A stretch of 64,000 nucleotides of DNA, filler included, from Asterionella formosa (lineage: Eukaryota), in assembly GCA_002256025.1 (NCBI GenBank). It is 13 parts of 13 records of this genome, joined end to end, with 100 filler letters (N's around TTAATTAATTAA, not from the genome) between each part and the next. Parts side by side here need not be neighbours in the genome. Positions count along the whole stretch, not along the records: positions 34,750 to 39,601 come from NKIB01013325.1; positions 39,702 to 44,551 come from NKIB01013327.1; positions 44,652 to 49,500 come from NKIB01013328.1; 10 more parts are not named here. One strand, written 5' to 3'. Below, one piece after another: positions 34,750-48,647 of this stretch. Each line of letters starts with the position of its first letter. The stretch's first letter is position 1. The notes under the pieces are model-generated. The model did not search any database and was not told the DNA's origin. It saw nothing but the letters and a program-made list of their open reading frames with translations. The position numbers and the translations under genes were made by a program.

Positions 34750-36846
34750 AATTGAAACGCAGCATAGCAGGCGATATGCACAAAGAAGCATGAGACCACT
34801 GTCTATTTATAGTAACAGAGTGATTCTGGTTTCGTAATTTTCATGTCTCATTACATTTCCTTTGTCATTGTACTAGTTCCTTACCTTTGAAGACAGGAGC
34901 GTATTCTTTGATGTATCTGGAATATTTTAATGGATGGCAGAAGTTGGATTTAGACACAAACCTCGACAAAAGCACTAGTACTTTGTAGATGTTCATGAAA
35001 ACAAGCGAGACACTTCGGCCTATCGAACACCAGCCAGTCTATACTGCAAAAATGCAAGAAGCACAAGTTGAATGCCCATTTATGGATTCAAGTTTCAGTA
35101 GTGCAACAATGTAAAATATTAGAAACCGGAAGTCACATTTCATCTAATTACAGTTTTCATTAGCTATACTAGCTAGTATGCATTGATTGGTAAGAGGAAG
35201 CAATGGTAGAATGGCTGCCACACGGGTGGGGGCAAACACAGAGATTCCTACTAATGTTTCTCCCCAATGATCCCAGACCCTTCTTGAATGTCACTTGCTA
35301 CCGAAAATGGAGAACAGCCGTCATGATCTGTTGATTGTTGCTTTATGGTGCCACAGAAATCTTAATGAGTTGCTTGTTTTCTTGACTTGAATGCAAAAGG
35401 GATCGAAACGAATGGAAAAATCAGAAGGGAACTAAAAATTCTCTGCAAACATCAGAGCAATTGTGAAAGAGAAAGGAAGGTTGGGAGGGGAAGTAAAGGG
35501 ATTATTGCTTGTCTTGCGGGAACAAGGATGGATTGACCCAAACAATGTTGACAAATAGGTACCTACTGGAAAAGGAATCAATGCTTTCGGCATCATCAAT
35601 CTATACACAAGCCTGCAACATCTGATGTCGTCAATGTAGCTACCTCGACTTCATCAATGAAGGAGTCAATGGGTGGATCATGTGAGGAAAGTCGGGGTTG
35701 AGGTTTTATTGACGCCAATGTGGGCCTGCTTGGCGAACTCCTTGCAGATGAAGGCATTGAGTAACCTGGACCTGTGAAGCCAAAGGATAAAGAAAAATCT
35801 ATGACAAGGGTGGTGAGATAGTGTTTAGGAAGGGGGAGCAAAAGTTATCATAGCTGAATGCATTCGAAACTTGTATAGACAATAAATGGTGGCATACCAT
35901 GGCTGCTCTTGGCTGACAGTTGCCAAGTCAAGTACAAACACAATAAGGGTGCACAAAAGAGAGTCAAATTTTAATCGACTGGCTGATACTTATTTGTGAG
36001 AATCACCATTCTGCAATGGGGTGGACTTTGATCATTGCTTCGTTCGAAGCAGAATCAATTCGAATGCTGTCCATTGAAACAGCCAATGAAAACAATTGTG
36101 GCGAAAAAGCGCAGAACAGATCAAGGGATTTCAAAGGAATTAAAATAACAGGGCATATATGATGGACTGCTCCTTTTATAAAATATATTTGATCATTTCC
36201 ATATTTCATACGATGACTCCTCTCGCCCATCCATTAGCTAGATATGCAGCCATGTTGCGATAATTCTACAGGACCTATAGGATTGGTAGTCTGGTGGTCA
36301 TCATTTCCGCATTGTATATACCAGTAGGAGTCATGTATTCATGCATGCTGCAATATTTCTTACAAGACATAAAAATTTGGTAGCTGGGGGCTATCACTTC
36401 CATACTGTATACATGGGGGAAGGGGTTGCATGCATAAGCAACTACTCTGGAAAAAACTATGATTTTTTATCAATAAATTTTGATTTGTTTATCCTATACC
36501 TTTGATCATAACATATTGATCATATGACAAATGGTGTTGTCGATGAGAAATTGAAAGATCAAAATTTATTTTCAAGAATCAGCCAGAATTAATTGATCTT
36601 AAAAATATGATCAAATAATCCTAAAGAACACATGAGCATATTCAGTTTTCCGCTGCACTATTGTGGTATTTCCATGATGGGAGTAATTACCAGCAATTAT
36701 ACAGTACTACCGGTAGGCCATATGAATTTTGGTCAATATGTCTATATACATAAATGTATGATTTCGACCATTTGAAAATTTGGTGATGACTCCCGTTTAT
36801 TAAGGGGCTTAATTGAATCAGCCACTGACTTGTAGGTACAAGAATT
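34750..36846 (+). mobile_element. Repeat family A, copy 2
   Basis: Reverse complement of 44652-46800. Decayed translation EGWEGK..GLLLVLREQGWIDPNNVDK..AFGIINLYTSLQHLM..DFINE..VGVEVLLTP..ADEGIE. Confidence 0.85.
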
Positions 36847-37075
36847 GACACACAAAAAATTGAAAAAATTCAACAGGTTGTGGAAAACTATGAACTCATC
36901 ATGCATTGTATATATTTGAATTATGCATGATCAAAATTGATATTAGTATACACAGGATGTGCCGTATAATGAGCGTGCTTAAAACTATGCAAATGCTCAA
37001 CTATATATACATTTAAAACTCTTACAAATCTTTATATATATGTATTCATGGCTGAAACATTTGAAATCATGTTTT

Positions 37076-37379
37076 CATGTTCCTTGTCATGCATACACTT
37101 TGCTCCTGAAATGAAGGATCATCACACATGATGATGCGGAAAACGAAAGTGATAATACAGCACAATGAGCGATACTTGCGGCTTAGAAGAGAAGGGCGGA
37201 GTCAATTGATGGTAACAAGTCAAGAGCAAATGCCTTTCATGTTCCTTGTCATGCATCCACTTCCTGAAATGAAGGATCTGAAGCAACACATGATGCGAAA
37301 AACTGAAGTGACAATACAGCACGATGATACACCATGCGGCTAAGAATGAGTGAATATGATGGAGAAAGGGCGGAATCAA
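37076..37379. repeat. Diverged tandem duplication, ~160-bp unit
   Basis: CATGTTCCTTGTCATGCAT...CCTGAAATGAAGGATC...AATACAGCAC...GGGCGG occurs twice. Confidence 0.75.
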
Positions 37380-37429
37380 CAAGCTGTGCATAGCATCATG
37401 GTTTGTCAAGAGCAAATGTCAGGATGATC

Positions 37430-38520
37430 AATTGCTGGGATTAAAAATACGGAATGACTTGTCCCCTTTCAATGATTCAATAGCTCCTTTTCGATTTGGT
37501 GGCTGGCCAACCATCAATTTTTGTCAAGAAACTTGTTTAAAAACATTTTAACATCTGACACTTTACGACGTTCACATCCAATATCAGGATTATCAGCATC
37601 CTCAGTTGAAACCAGGCAATCACGACAAACATATCGTCGATATAATCCATTACCACCCCTGAAGCCACAAATTTTATTCTGTTCTTCTGTATCACCAATG
37701 ATCATTCCAACTTGGAAATAAACTTTTGTCATACCAAAACCATGAACCCAAATATCGTATGACTTGTTTGGATCGCTCTTCGAAAGGCAACAATAGAAAT
37801 CCTGTAACAGAATGATATAATTTGAGTCTACATAAGGACAAGTTGTCACCAGATAACTTATTGTTCATTTGTTTCTCCAGATCACTGACTTTAATGTCTG
37901 GCAAAAGAAATACTAATTGCCATCCATCAACTTTTTTCTTCCTTCTAACGTTAAGTTTAACATTGTCAGCAAAAACGGATGCTCGGAATGTTTCATTTGT
38001 TTATCAATAGGTGAACCATCACTGAAAACTGCTAAGGCAACAAATAAATACCTTGTCTTGACTTCAACACTCCATTTTCTGATGCAGGAGAATTGTTGAA
38101 TGCATTTTCAAACCAAGTCGCAGAAGTTACTTCGTCATATATGCATGAGTTCTCCACAAGTTGTAAGTTTCACTTGTGGGTGACATACAAAATGTTGCAT
38201 GATATCGGAATCACGTGCATAGCAATCCTGCCATGAGCTGTACTGGTTCGAAATAATAGAGTGTGCGTGGGATGATCATATTTGAATTGATATCAATCTT
38301 TATTCGTTTGGTCAACAGTTGAACACCAGCTAATGTTGGTGGAAATGAAATATCCATGCGTTTTTTCAAAGTCTGGTAGGATGGAGCGAGCTTGATACCT
38401 TCCATCAAAATATTTCATTGCTTTTGCCTTGAACAGCCATTTCATTAGATGATCAAAGTAAACTGGTGGAAGATAATTCTTGTTGAGGAATAACATGAGT
38501 TCTCATTCGATTGGATGTGC
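37430..38520 (-). mobile_element. Plavaka/CACTA-like transposase remnant
   Basis: IYDEVTSATWFENA, LAVFSDGSPIDK...HPFLLTMLNL..GWQLVFLLPDI and MIIGDTEEQNKICG...CRDCLVSTEDADNPDIGC, spread over several frames. Confidence 0.6.
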
Positions 38521-40005
38521 GCATGTTCAGAGAATGTTTACTTGGAAGTTGAAATTGAGGAGGAAGGGGCATTCCATTGCATTTTCAGGGAGAAAGCCGG
38601 TGTGATCTTGGAAATCTGAATATTGCATGGTCTCTTAGTAATTCAATCCTTGGAGAGTTTTAGTCTCAATTTTTCATCTTGTTGTGACTGAATATTGTTA
38701 TAAATTGAATTGTCGCTGTCATCATTAAATGGATGATTGTGGCCACTTGATTCAAGGAAAGGACACATAATCTCTTCTTGTTGTCTACTTCGTCCCTAAA
38801 TGCTGCAGCAGTTACGCTGCCATTAACTTCTTTCCTTGAATGATTCGATGCGCGCACTACCGCAATACATAGTTTCATTATGTATTCCAGGAACTCGATG
38901 TTCTTGCATGCAATGTCAACAATGACCATATGCATAAAGAACACGGTTGCTACAATTTCGATTGTGAGACTCAGATGGGGATTTGTTCTTCCGAAATTTG
39001 TAGTTACACAGATAACACCATTGCAATTTGCGCAAAGACATTGCAAATTGCAAATGATGACCAAGTCAGGATATGAACAGGATAGAATGAAAATGAATTA
39101 ATATTTAATAATAAATTGAGCACCACTTCGAACATACTGTGCTGGAAAATACAGAGTCGTGAAATTATCACTCCACCAGCATAGTAGTGAAAATGGAGGT
39201 ATACCGCTACATGTAGTACAGGCGGCACTAATAGTAATAGTAGCATAGAGCAGAATCAATGTTTTCCTATCATCTATGATATGGTTTGTGCATTGTAGAA
39301 GTCTCACACTAACTATAATTATTATGTAACTACTAAGTATGCATTGGATTCTATTAGATCCATTCAAAATCAATGTCGTCATCAATGTCCCGTTGATTAA
39401 TGCGTTCATTATAATCAATAGTCTTCTCAGGAACATTTGGTTCAAGTGATTCAACATATTGATGTATATACTCTTCACTTACGCTGGGAAATGAGAAGTA
39501 TGAGTGTGGGTAGATGATATTTGCGGTGGGAGTAGCAATTCCACTAGGATTCCTTCCATATTCAGATCGATTCTTTTGTGAAAGTCCAGTGTAGATTTCC
39601 TNNNNNNNNNNNNNNNNNNNNNNNNNNNNNNNNNNNNNNNNNNNNTTAATTAATTAANNNNNNNNNNNNNNNNNNNNNNNNNNNNNNNNNNNNNNNNNNN
39701 NCGCAACGGGAGGATCTAAGTCGTCATTCTTTCGTTTCTTGCGACCCATGCTTGTTACCAGGAATTCAATGCGACTAGAGTTCAATGAATAGAATAGAAT
39801 CGAACTACCGGTAGAATATAGCAGAAGCCGGATCAAAGCGAATGTGTGCCAAGCATGAACAAAATCATAGCTGGCCACACTAAGTTGGAGCTAGGGTGAC
39901 AACGTGTAAGTAGAAATAATCACATACTTCATATTACGTATTTAGTGAATATACCAGGACGTATTACGCATATATTATAACTGGGTAGGTCATGACATCC
40001 TGACC

Positions 40006-41220
40006 ATGAATACTCAACAATATGATGCCAAAGAAAACTTGGAAACCCTTTCCATTGAGATGCTTTCAGAATATATACATGACAAGGCCATACCAGCACT
40101 GGTCCATTCGAAATTCAATGAACCTGTTGAGGAGGAAGAGGAGCAGAGTGTTAGTGCTGCACTTGAATTGGACTCTGAGGAGTTAAAGTCAAAATTGGAA
40201 CAAATTCTAATTGCACATGGAGCAAAAGGTACTAAGAAACTAGCAAAACAGTCAAAGGCACAAGAACACAACTTACAAATGGAAGAAACTAAAGCAAAAG
40301 TTATCAAAGTATGGGAAAATAAACCAAAGGATCTGTTGCAGATACTTTGGGAGCATAGATTTATTGATGAAATGAGATTGGATAGTAGCCTAGCTACACA
40401 TGGAATGGAAAGCAGGATGCATTTGGATTTTTCCAGAAATAATTTTGGTTGAAGTTGTTGATGAGAAAATGTCGTGATTTTGAGGAAGAGGAGACACTAT
40501 AGCAGTCAATGGGAAGGAAATCTGAGTACTTGTTGACCAAACACTGAATGTCACTGTGAACATGCGAGAGAGAATCAAGTAGCTATTCTTGGGGTTGTGC
40601 CAAGAGTTTTTCATGTCTGGTTGCTCTGAGGAGGAAAGGGAAAAGGGAAATTCAGGTAGTATGTTGTGTGAGAGAGTACATGTCAAGGGACAAAGTGTTA
40701 ACAACAAAAAGTGAGAAATTCTCAAGGCAAGCAAGACAAGATATATGTGCATACTTCAAGATTTGGAAAGATCTTGATGAAGCAACGAAGCAAAAGATGA
40801 CAGGATGGACACTGAAGTTGACACAACAATCCATGAAGCGGACCCAATCAGTGTTTAGAAGCTTTTCAAAAAAGATTCAAAACACACTGCTGTGCCCTTG
40901 ATTTCGACAAAACTTTCTACAAGGCAAAACATGTCTAGTATGATCTGACATTCCAAACAACAAACCAATGAAGTAAATAAGAAACAAGCAAAAAATCAAC
41001 AAACATGAATGACAACAACAGATTGATGTTACATTGTACCTTTTGTGGGGAAATGAGCGAAGGGCAACATTTAAAAAACAAATATTGCATCAATTTTGTG
41101 TGCATGTCACAATATTTCACTCTTACTTATTAAATTAAATCCATTCTAAGGCCTTTGTATCAAACTAAATTGATCTTCAGGTTGTAAACAGCTATAGATT
41201 TTGCAAGTTGCGGTAATTTT
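40006..41220 (+). mobile_element. Decayed DDE transposase remnant (same subfamily as 12600-13723), internally deleted
   Basis: ENLETLSIEMLSEYIHD joined to WENKPKDLLQILWEHRFID, ECHCE..SWGCAK and KFSRQARQDICAY. The 3' non-coding region aligns with about 13370-13520. Confidence 0.7.
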
Positions 41221-44200
41221 GCTTCTTCATGTAAACATCCCCAAAATCCCAAAACCGACAAAAAATGTTTCTGGACTTGTTGGCAGCTGCTAGTAAGAAA
41301 TCAAATGTATGAAACTTCTTACAGTTTGTGCCCACCGGCCATATAAAGACGACAGGAAAAAATAAGGGACAAAACAGGTGTTCATGAATTGTAATTTTGG
41401 GTTGAAGTACTTTGGGACTATGTTAGTTTAAGTAAATGGACTCTTCTTTAAGCAAACATACATAAAGTAAAATATTGCTTAAACTGGACAAACATGACAT
41501 AGTAGTAGTCTTTTTAATTCATTTGTACATGCTGCCAATTTCACTACATACAGAAGGTCATCAAGTTACCGGTACTCTCCCATCGGCACATGATTGCCAA
41601 GTACCGATATGGTACACAGTAGACCGGTTTTCATATGTGGCGGTATATAGGAATGGGCTGCTGCACATTACTACTACTATAGGGCATTACTGGTAGTTTT
41701 GACGACATCATACCAGAGCATAAGCGTCACATTCTTTGTCGGCTTCCACAAGGACTATCTACAAATTGCCTATTCGTAATCAATCAATTCTCAGTAGGTA
41801 ATAGCCTTACTTTCACATCTTTTGCTTCGATTATTCATGTTACTGGTTGCTGTAGTCGTAGCCTTATTTGTTGCGTAGCTACAGTAAAAGTGTTGTATCT
41901 GCTCGTAGCATCATTGTTTCAAAATTGCGCATCTCTAAATTACATGAAAAATTTGCAGCGACTTCAATTTTCGTTGTCTATATAAGTGTTATTAAGATTA
42001 TCCTTTTACGATTGTATTTTCTATGTAGTGTTTGATATATGTATCAAATAGGATGATAGTGTCATTCTCATTTTTCGTCGAGATATTCGCTATTTTCATC
42101 ATGGTCAACGCTGTGACGACATGATGATGAAGGATTCTCCAGCCGCTTGCAACTATGACTACTGCTATTCTATAGCGTATTCTAGTATATGCAAAAGAAT
42201 AGCATTTTTTCAGCTAAATAATTATATTCCAGAGCAAATGCATTCTACCTCGGGCACTACATACCCAGTGCATGAATCCAGCCATACTTGTAATATATAC
42301 CGGTATGAAATGTAGATTGTTCACTTCATCTTTCATTTATTAACAGATATTCAATATTGTTAGCTACAGTATGATTACATAGGTCGAAGGTGGGTGTGAC
42401 AGCAGCTATGTTGAAATGATGACATCACAATGAGCAAAATTGCTCCTTAAAACGGTCATTACCAATGGAAGCAAATGGCAGAATAAGCAAAACAGATTGG
42501 TCTCAATATTTCTGGCTAAATCAGATTGAAGCTAAAAATATATTGGAACACCAAGCCGACAAGTTTGGTTCATTAAACGGATACCAAGAAGAGACACATG
42601 TATCAATCGGGAATTCGAATCAGTATTGCCGGTACAAAGTCATACATGGCCTAGAACTAGATATAGGAATATTACCGCAACTTGCTGAGCGCATGATTTA
42701 TCTGTACTGGTAGTCTCAACGCATTTTTACCAGTGAAAGAACATTTACCAGTAGACAACTGTTATTCTTTAACAAATGATACAGTTTCACACCAAATCAT
42801 CAATTAAGCACCAATGTCAATGTAAATCATGAATATCCATGTAATGCTATCAAGCATCCTAGTGGGGAGAATGATGGCTTAGTGCTGGTTTTCATATCTT
42901 GTGCGGCGGCGGGTTAGATTCCTGCATTCTCCACCTGTCTTTTTCATGTAGTCACTAGGGTTCCGGGGTGTGTGGCTGACGAAAAGACTCGTCCCATTTT
43001 ACCATATGGATGAATAAAACCGGTACTAATTGTGTCCATTTATTTGGGCCTAAGTGCGATTATTTAAAATGAATTGACATTATATCATGCATCCTAGTGA
43101 ATTTAGTAAAATTATCTATATACAGAGTAGTAACACTAGGAGTTGATTCCTACAACATTCATTAGGATCAAGTTCACTAGTAACCAGAGCTTCGTTTTCA
43201 GTTTCATGGATTGGTCGGATTCGATTGAAGGTCGATGGGCTCTCGCTTCAATTTCAACCCTTTGATTATTCAAGAATTTTTATATCACTTGAAATATACA
43301 GCTTCATGGTGGGGCTTTGACTTGTCTTGGCTTCCAGTGATGATGCTCTATTGGTTCTCGCCTCCCCTTTGAGACTACAGCCCGCCCGCCTCTCAACTGA
43401 ATATTTATTCTTCCCAGCTGTCATGAATTTACTTCTTTTGATGCATTGCTTGTTACAACAAGATAGACTTAGCTCTTTGTGTAGAAAGATCATCCTGGCT
43501 CAGTCAAGAAGCAAGGCCAGACTCTGCCAACACTATTGATGTATTGTTCCAGGGTGCACCTGGTATGTGTTACTGCACTCCGGAGCACCAGGTAACTCGA
43601 AATGATATGTTAGGTCGTCATGCTGCATCACAGTATACACCAGTAGGTAGCTACATCCGCCATTTGTTTGGCTGGGCAGGTTCACCTCATCTATTGGACG
43701 ACATGTCGCTCCCAATAGATATACATGTTTTGACTAGAACCTGGGACTCCGGAGTGCCAGGGTGAGTATCAGTTACACAGAATATACTTGGCTACCAGTA
43801 ATAGTCTACTGGTAATAAATCCATGTTCCATGTTTAAAGCTACCACATTAGGGACATCACTATTACCTGTACTCGTGCATCCATTAAACATTCAACAACA
43901 TGCAATAACGATATAGTGGGTTATCCATCGTGTTCTAGCTACCCCAAGCATTACCTATGAAAAATACGAAATGCTCTAGAACCGGTAGGCGCATTTACCA
44001 AGACAAATGTGCCTTTTGAATAACTAATACATTGTCTCATGGACACAGTCGGTTACTGGTACCTGGTAGTCAACTCTACGATACAAAAAGGAAAAATTGC
44101 TGGCAACTAGTATTCTGTTAAATTACAAAGCCCCGGTATATACCTATTTGTAGCGCGTCGTTCATGTTTTTTACTTTGCGAGTCTGGAACACAGGTAGGC

Positions 44201-44651
44201 ATTCCAAAATACGGAAATAATGTTGCTAAACAAAACTCTGAGATTTTCAGGTACATAGGCAAAGTTACACCAATTGGTAATGGGCCAAATGTAATATTGG
44301 GTAACAACGACATTGTAAATCTCGGCTTTGCATTTGGCATGTGCAATCGCCATGGCAGGAACTATTTATGAAAAGAAGAAGTTTGTGTGTGAGAGAGTTT
44401 GAGTTGGTTGGAGAGGAATACCTTGATATATTATCGATCGATCCAAATATGAAGCCCAGGGGCCTTGGCCTCTGAACCAACGTACCTCGCCAAGAACTAA
44501 GGGCATCCGCTAATTCAAAAACATAAAAATAAAGCGGAAAAAAGATAGCCANNNNNNNNNNNNNNNNNNNNNNNNNNNNNNNNNNNNNNNNNNNNTTAAT
44601 TAATTAANNNNNNNNNNNNNNNNNNNNNNNNNNNNNNNNNNNNNNNNNNNN

Positions 44652-47220
44652 AATTCTTGTACCTACAAGTCAGTGGCTGATTTAATTAAGCCCCTTAATA
44701 AACGGGAGTCATCACCAATTTTTCAAATGGTCGAAATCATACATTTATGTATATAGACATATTGACCAAAATTCATATGGCCTACCGGTAGTACTGTATA
44801 CTTGCTGGGAATTATTTCTATCTCGGAAATGCTACAATAGTGCAGCGGAAAACTGAATATGCTCATTTGTTTAGGATCATTTGATCATATTTTTAAGATC
44901 AATTAATCCTGATTCTTGAAAATAAATGTTGATCTTTCATTTTCTCATCAACGACACCGTTCATCATATGATCAATATGTTATGATCAAAGGTATAGGAG
45001 AAACGAATCAAAATTGATTGATTAACAAAGATCATAGTTTATACCGGAGTAGTTGCTCATGCATGCAACCCCTTCCTCCCCTGTATACAGTATGGAAGTG
45101 ATAACCCCCAAGCTACCAAATTTTTATGTCTTGTAAGAATTATCGCAGCATGCATGCATATGTACATGACTCCTACTGGTATATACAATGCGAAAATGAT
45201 GACCACCAGACTACCGGTAGTACCAATCCTATAGGTCCTGTAGAATTATGCATCGCAACATGGCTGCATATCTAATGAAAGGGCGGGAGGAGTCATCCAT
45301 GCTGCACCTGTATAGTATGAAATATGGAAATGATCAAATATAGTCTACACAAGGAGCAGTGCATCATATATGCCCTGCTGTTGTTATTTTAATTCCTATG
45401 AAATCTCTTGATCTGTTCTGCGCTTTTTCGCCGCCACACTTGTTTTCATTGGCTGTTTCACTGGACAGCATTCGAATTGATTGTGCTTTGAACAAAGCAA
45501 TGATCAAAGTCCACCCCATTGCAGAATGGTGAGTCTCACAACTAAGTATCAGCCAGTCGATTAAAATGGGACTGCCTTTTGTGCACCCTGCCTTGCTTGT
45601 TGTGTTTGTACATTGACTTGGCAACTGTCAGCCAAGAGCAGCCATGGTATGCCATCATTTATTGTCTATACGAGTTTCGAATGCGTTCAGCTATGATAAC
45701 TTTTGCTCCCCCCTTCCTAAACACTACGTCACCACCCTTGTCATAGATTTTTCTTTATCCTTTGGCTTCACAGGCCCAGGTTACTCAATGCCTTCATCTG
45801 CAAGTTCAGCCAAGCACGTTGGCATCAAGAAAACCTCAACCCCGATTTTCCTCACATGCTCCACCCATTGACTTCTTCATTGATGAAGTCGAGGTAGCTA
45901 TATTGACGACGTCAGGTGGCGCAGGCTTGTGTATAGATTGATGATGCCGAAAGCATTGCTTCTTTTTCCCGTAGGTACCTCGCTATTTGTCAACATTGTT
46001 TGGGTCAATCCATTCTTGTTCCCGCAAGTCCAGAAGCAATTATCCCTTTACTTCTTCTCCCAAGAACCTTTTTTTCTCTTTCACAATTGTCCTGATGTTT
46101 GCAGAGCATTTTAGTTCCCTTTTGATTTTTCCACTGGTTTCGATCCCTTTTGCATTCAAGTCAAGAAACAAGCAACTCATTGAGATTTCTGGAGGTTTTG
46201 GTCAGTGGCACCATACAGCAACCAACAATCAACAGATCATGGCGGCTGTTCTTCATTTTCTGTAGCAAGTGACATTCAAGAAGGGTCTGGGATCATTGGG
46301 GAGAAAACTTAGTAGGATTCTCTGTGTTTGTCCCCGCCTGTTTGGCAGCCATTCTACCATTGCTTCCTCTCAATCAATACTACTAGCTGGTATAGCTAAT
46401 GAAAACCGTAATTAGATGAAATGTGACTTCCGGTTTCTAATATTTTACATTGTTGCACTACTGAAACTTGAATCCATAAATGGGCATTCAACTTGTGCTT
46501 CTTGTATTTTTGCAGTATAGACTGGCTGGTGTTCGATAGGCCAAAGTGTCTCGCTTTTCATGAACATCTACAAAATACTAGTGCTTTTGTCGAGGTTTGT
46601 GTCTAAATCCAACTGCTGCCATCCATTGAAATATTCCAGATACATCAAAGAATACGCTCCTGTCTTCAAAGGTAAGGAACCAGTACGATGACAAAGGAAA
46701 TCTGATGAGACATGAAAATTACGAAACCAGAATCACTCTGTTACTATAAATATACAGTCTCATGCTTCTTTGTGCATATCGCCTGCTATACTGCGTTTCA
46801 ATTCTAGATGTATAACGTTCTTGTTAGAGAGACGATGTTACTACAGAGAAGTTGGTTGTGCTCTTCTATAATGGATGCTGTTTAGCTATGATTGAGGTTG
46901 TAACACTGATTGATGCTCTGGTGACGTTTTCATTGGATTTCTTTTCAAGCTCTTAACGGATTGCATATGAACCAGTAATGTAGATGATGATTCATCAAAG
47001 ACATATGATGACTTGAACGACAAATGAAGATTTTATCACAAACACTCATTCCTCTCCTCGACATGGCTGCTTTGTCGTTGTTGCAAGAATCAGAATGAGG
47101 ACTGGCAAGGATGACAAGCCAAACCACATTACTTTAACTGGTACATTATTCTACCAAAAATTTAAATAAAGGAACCTAAAAGAAACAATACATAAAATAA
47201 TTAAATTTCCATAGTCAAAA
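44652..47220 (-). mobile_element. Repeat family A, copy 3 (longest, at least 2.5 kb)
   Basis: Overlaps copies 1, 2 and 4 colinearly. Confidence 0.85.
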
Positions 47221-47524
47221 GAGTAAGCCGATCCTTACGTAGAATGATGGTATGTTGGCTACGTAATCCTTCATATGCGAACAGTAACGACACCAGTGGT
47301 GCCGGTAATTCGACGCAATTATTTTCAACCAGAAGGTGTCGTACCATGGTACACCAGGTACCTGGTACTATTTGGTGATGGGGCAGCACAGCTCTACGTA
47401 TGGAAATTTGCGTGTACGAGAATACAGGAGTCGATCCCGCAATCTCATGAGGTGTGCGTGCTAACCCATTAAGTCATTCCCCTGCAATCAGAACTCTAAT
47501 ATAATAACATAACTTTATACCGCC

Positions 47525-48647
47525 TTAAGCTTCCTGCATTTGAACCCCTAGGCAAAAATCAAAATATTGCTTATGGTCGCCGAAATTCCCTGAAACTAAG
47601 AACTTTTATGCGCTAATTTTGAATATCAATGATTCCGTTTGAAATATTCAAATGAGTGGAAATTTGCGCGTACGTGTATAGATTCCATTTCAAATGCATT
47701 AAATATGTATGAATAGATTATACATCGCTGAATGTCCATAAAGCTACCAGGTACTCTACCAATAGTATACCTACTCGGATGAACAAATATGTATCACATG
47801 CAAGACCCAGCGGCTCTCCGAAAAATATTTGAATGTGCATACCGGTACTACCGGTAAGCGTACACTACATGCCTGGTACTATCACCAATGATGATCAGCT
47901 ACCTGGTACCGGTAGGTCTACCCGGTATTCCTACTCCGTAGGGATACCAGTATACGGGTAGCTAGGATCGGCTAACACACAAGAAAATGCTTCATGTGCA
48001 TCCAGTGTGGCCGGCGTGGGATTGCAAGACCTCGCAAACCGTGCCAATCGAACGGATATAAGGATAACCAATCAGAAAATGAACAATACAGCGGGCAATT
48101 ACAAAGGAACATTTTGTACACGAGATTTTAGAACTAAAAATTTTAGCACAAGACTACCATACCGATGATGACGTTTCGGCGATTTGTGATTCTGATTCCG
48201 ACATTTTGATGACCGTTGAAAAGGCTGATATTATCGAATTTTTGGACAACGATTGCTCAACGTTGGTAGGGTTTGAAGAAGAGCAAAGTACATGGGTAAT
48301 CTTCATATAGCCCCAGAAGTTAACTTTCGGTGAGAAACTGCAGCAAGGAAGCCCAAATAAACGAGTTGGCCCGGTAAAATTCACTATTTTCAGCATAGTT
48401 AAAAAACTGAAGTTCCTTTTTGCAGTTTCTCGCCAGATCCTATATCCTGATGATGTATAGTGTTGACCTATAACCCTACCTTGATAAATGGCTGTATTTA
48501 AGCATATAGAAAGGGTGTGTATTGGTGAAAGCTCCGTTTAGCGATATACATTTACGTTTTTGTCGTATGAAGTGTATGTTTGACTACTCTGACTTGATAT
48601 TTTTTTAACCCTACCTCGAGCCAGGGGTTCAAATGCAGGAACCTTAA
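47525..48647. mobile_element. Complete ~1.12-kb non-autonomous TIR element (MITE)
   Basis: Left TTAAGCTTCCTGCATTTGAACCCCT and right AGGGGTTCAAATGCAGGAACCTTAA form a 25-bp inverted repeat with one mismatch. No coding capacity. Other ends at 24191, 13723 and 63209. Confidence 0.88.

Noticed and set aside
35596..35841. Short ORFs recurring in family A copies (MLPLPKHYLTTLVIDFSLSFGFTGPGYSMPSSA...)
   Set aside because: They are antisense to the decayed transposase; the recurrence reflects DNA repeat identity, and the frames break differently in each copy.
43130..44551. Possible gene remnants at the end of contig 9
   Set aside because: Only short interrupted frames on both strands, with no recognisable family.
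47525..48647. This MITE as the source of the CC(W)GG footprints
   Set aside because: Its termini begin AGG or GG, which would not leave CC...GG between duplicated TAs. The source element is not identified in this window.
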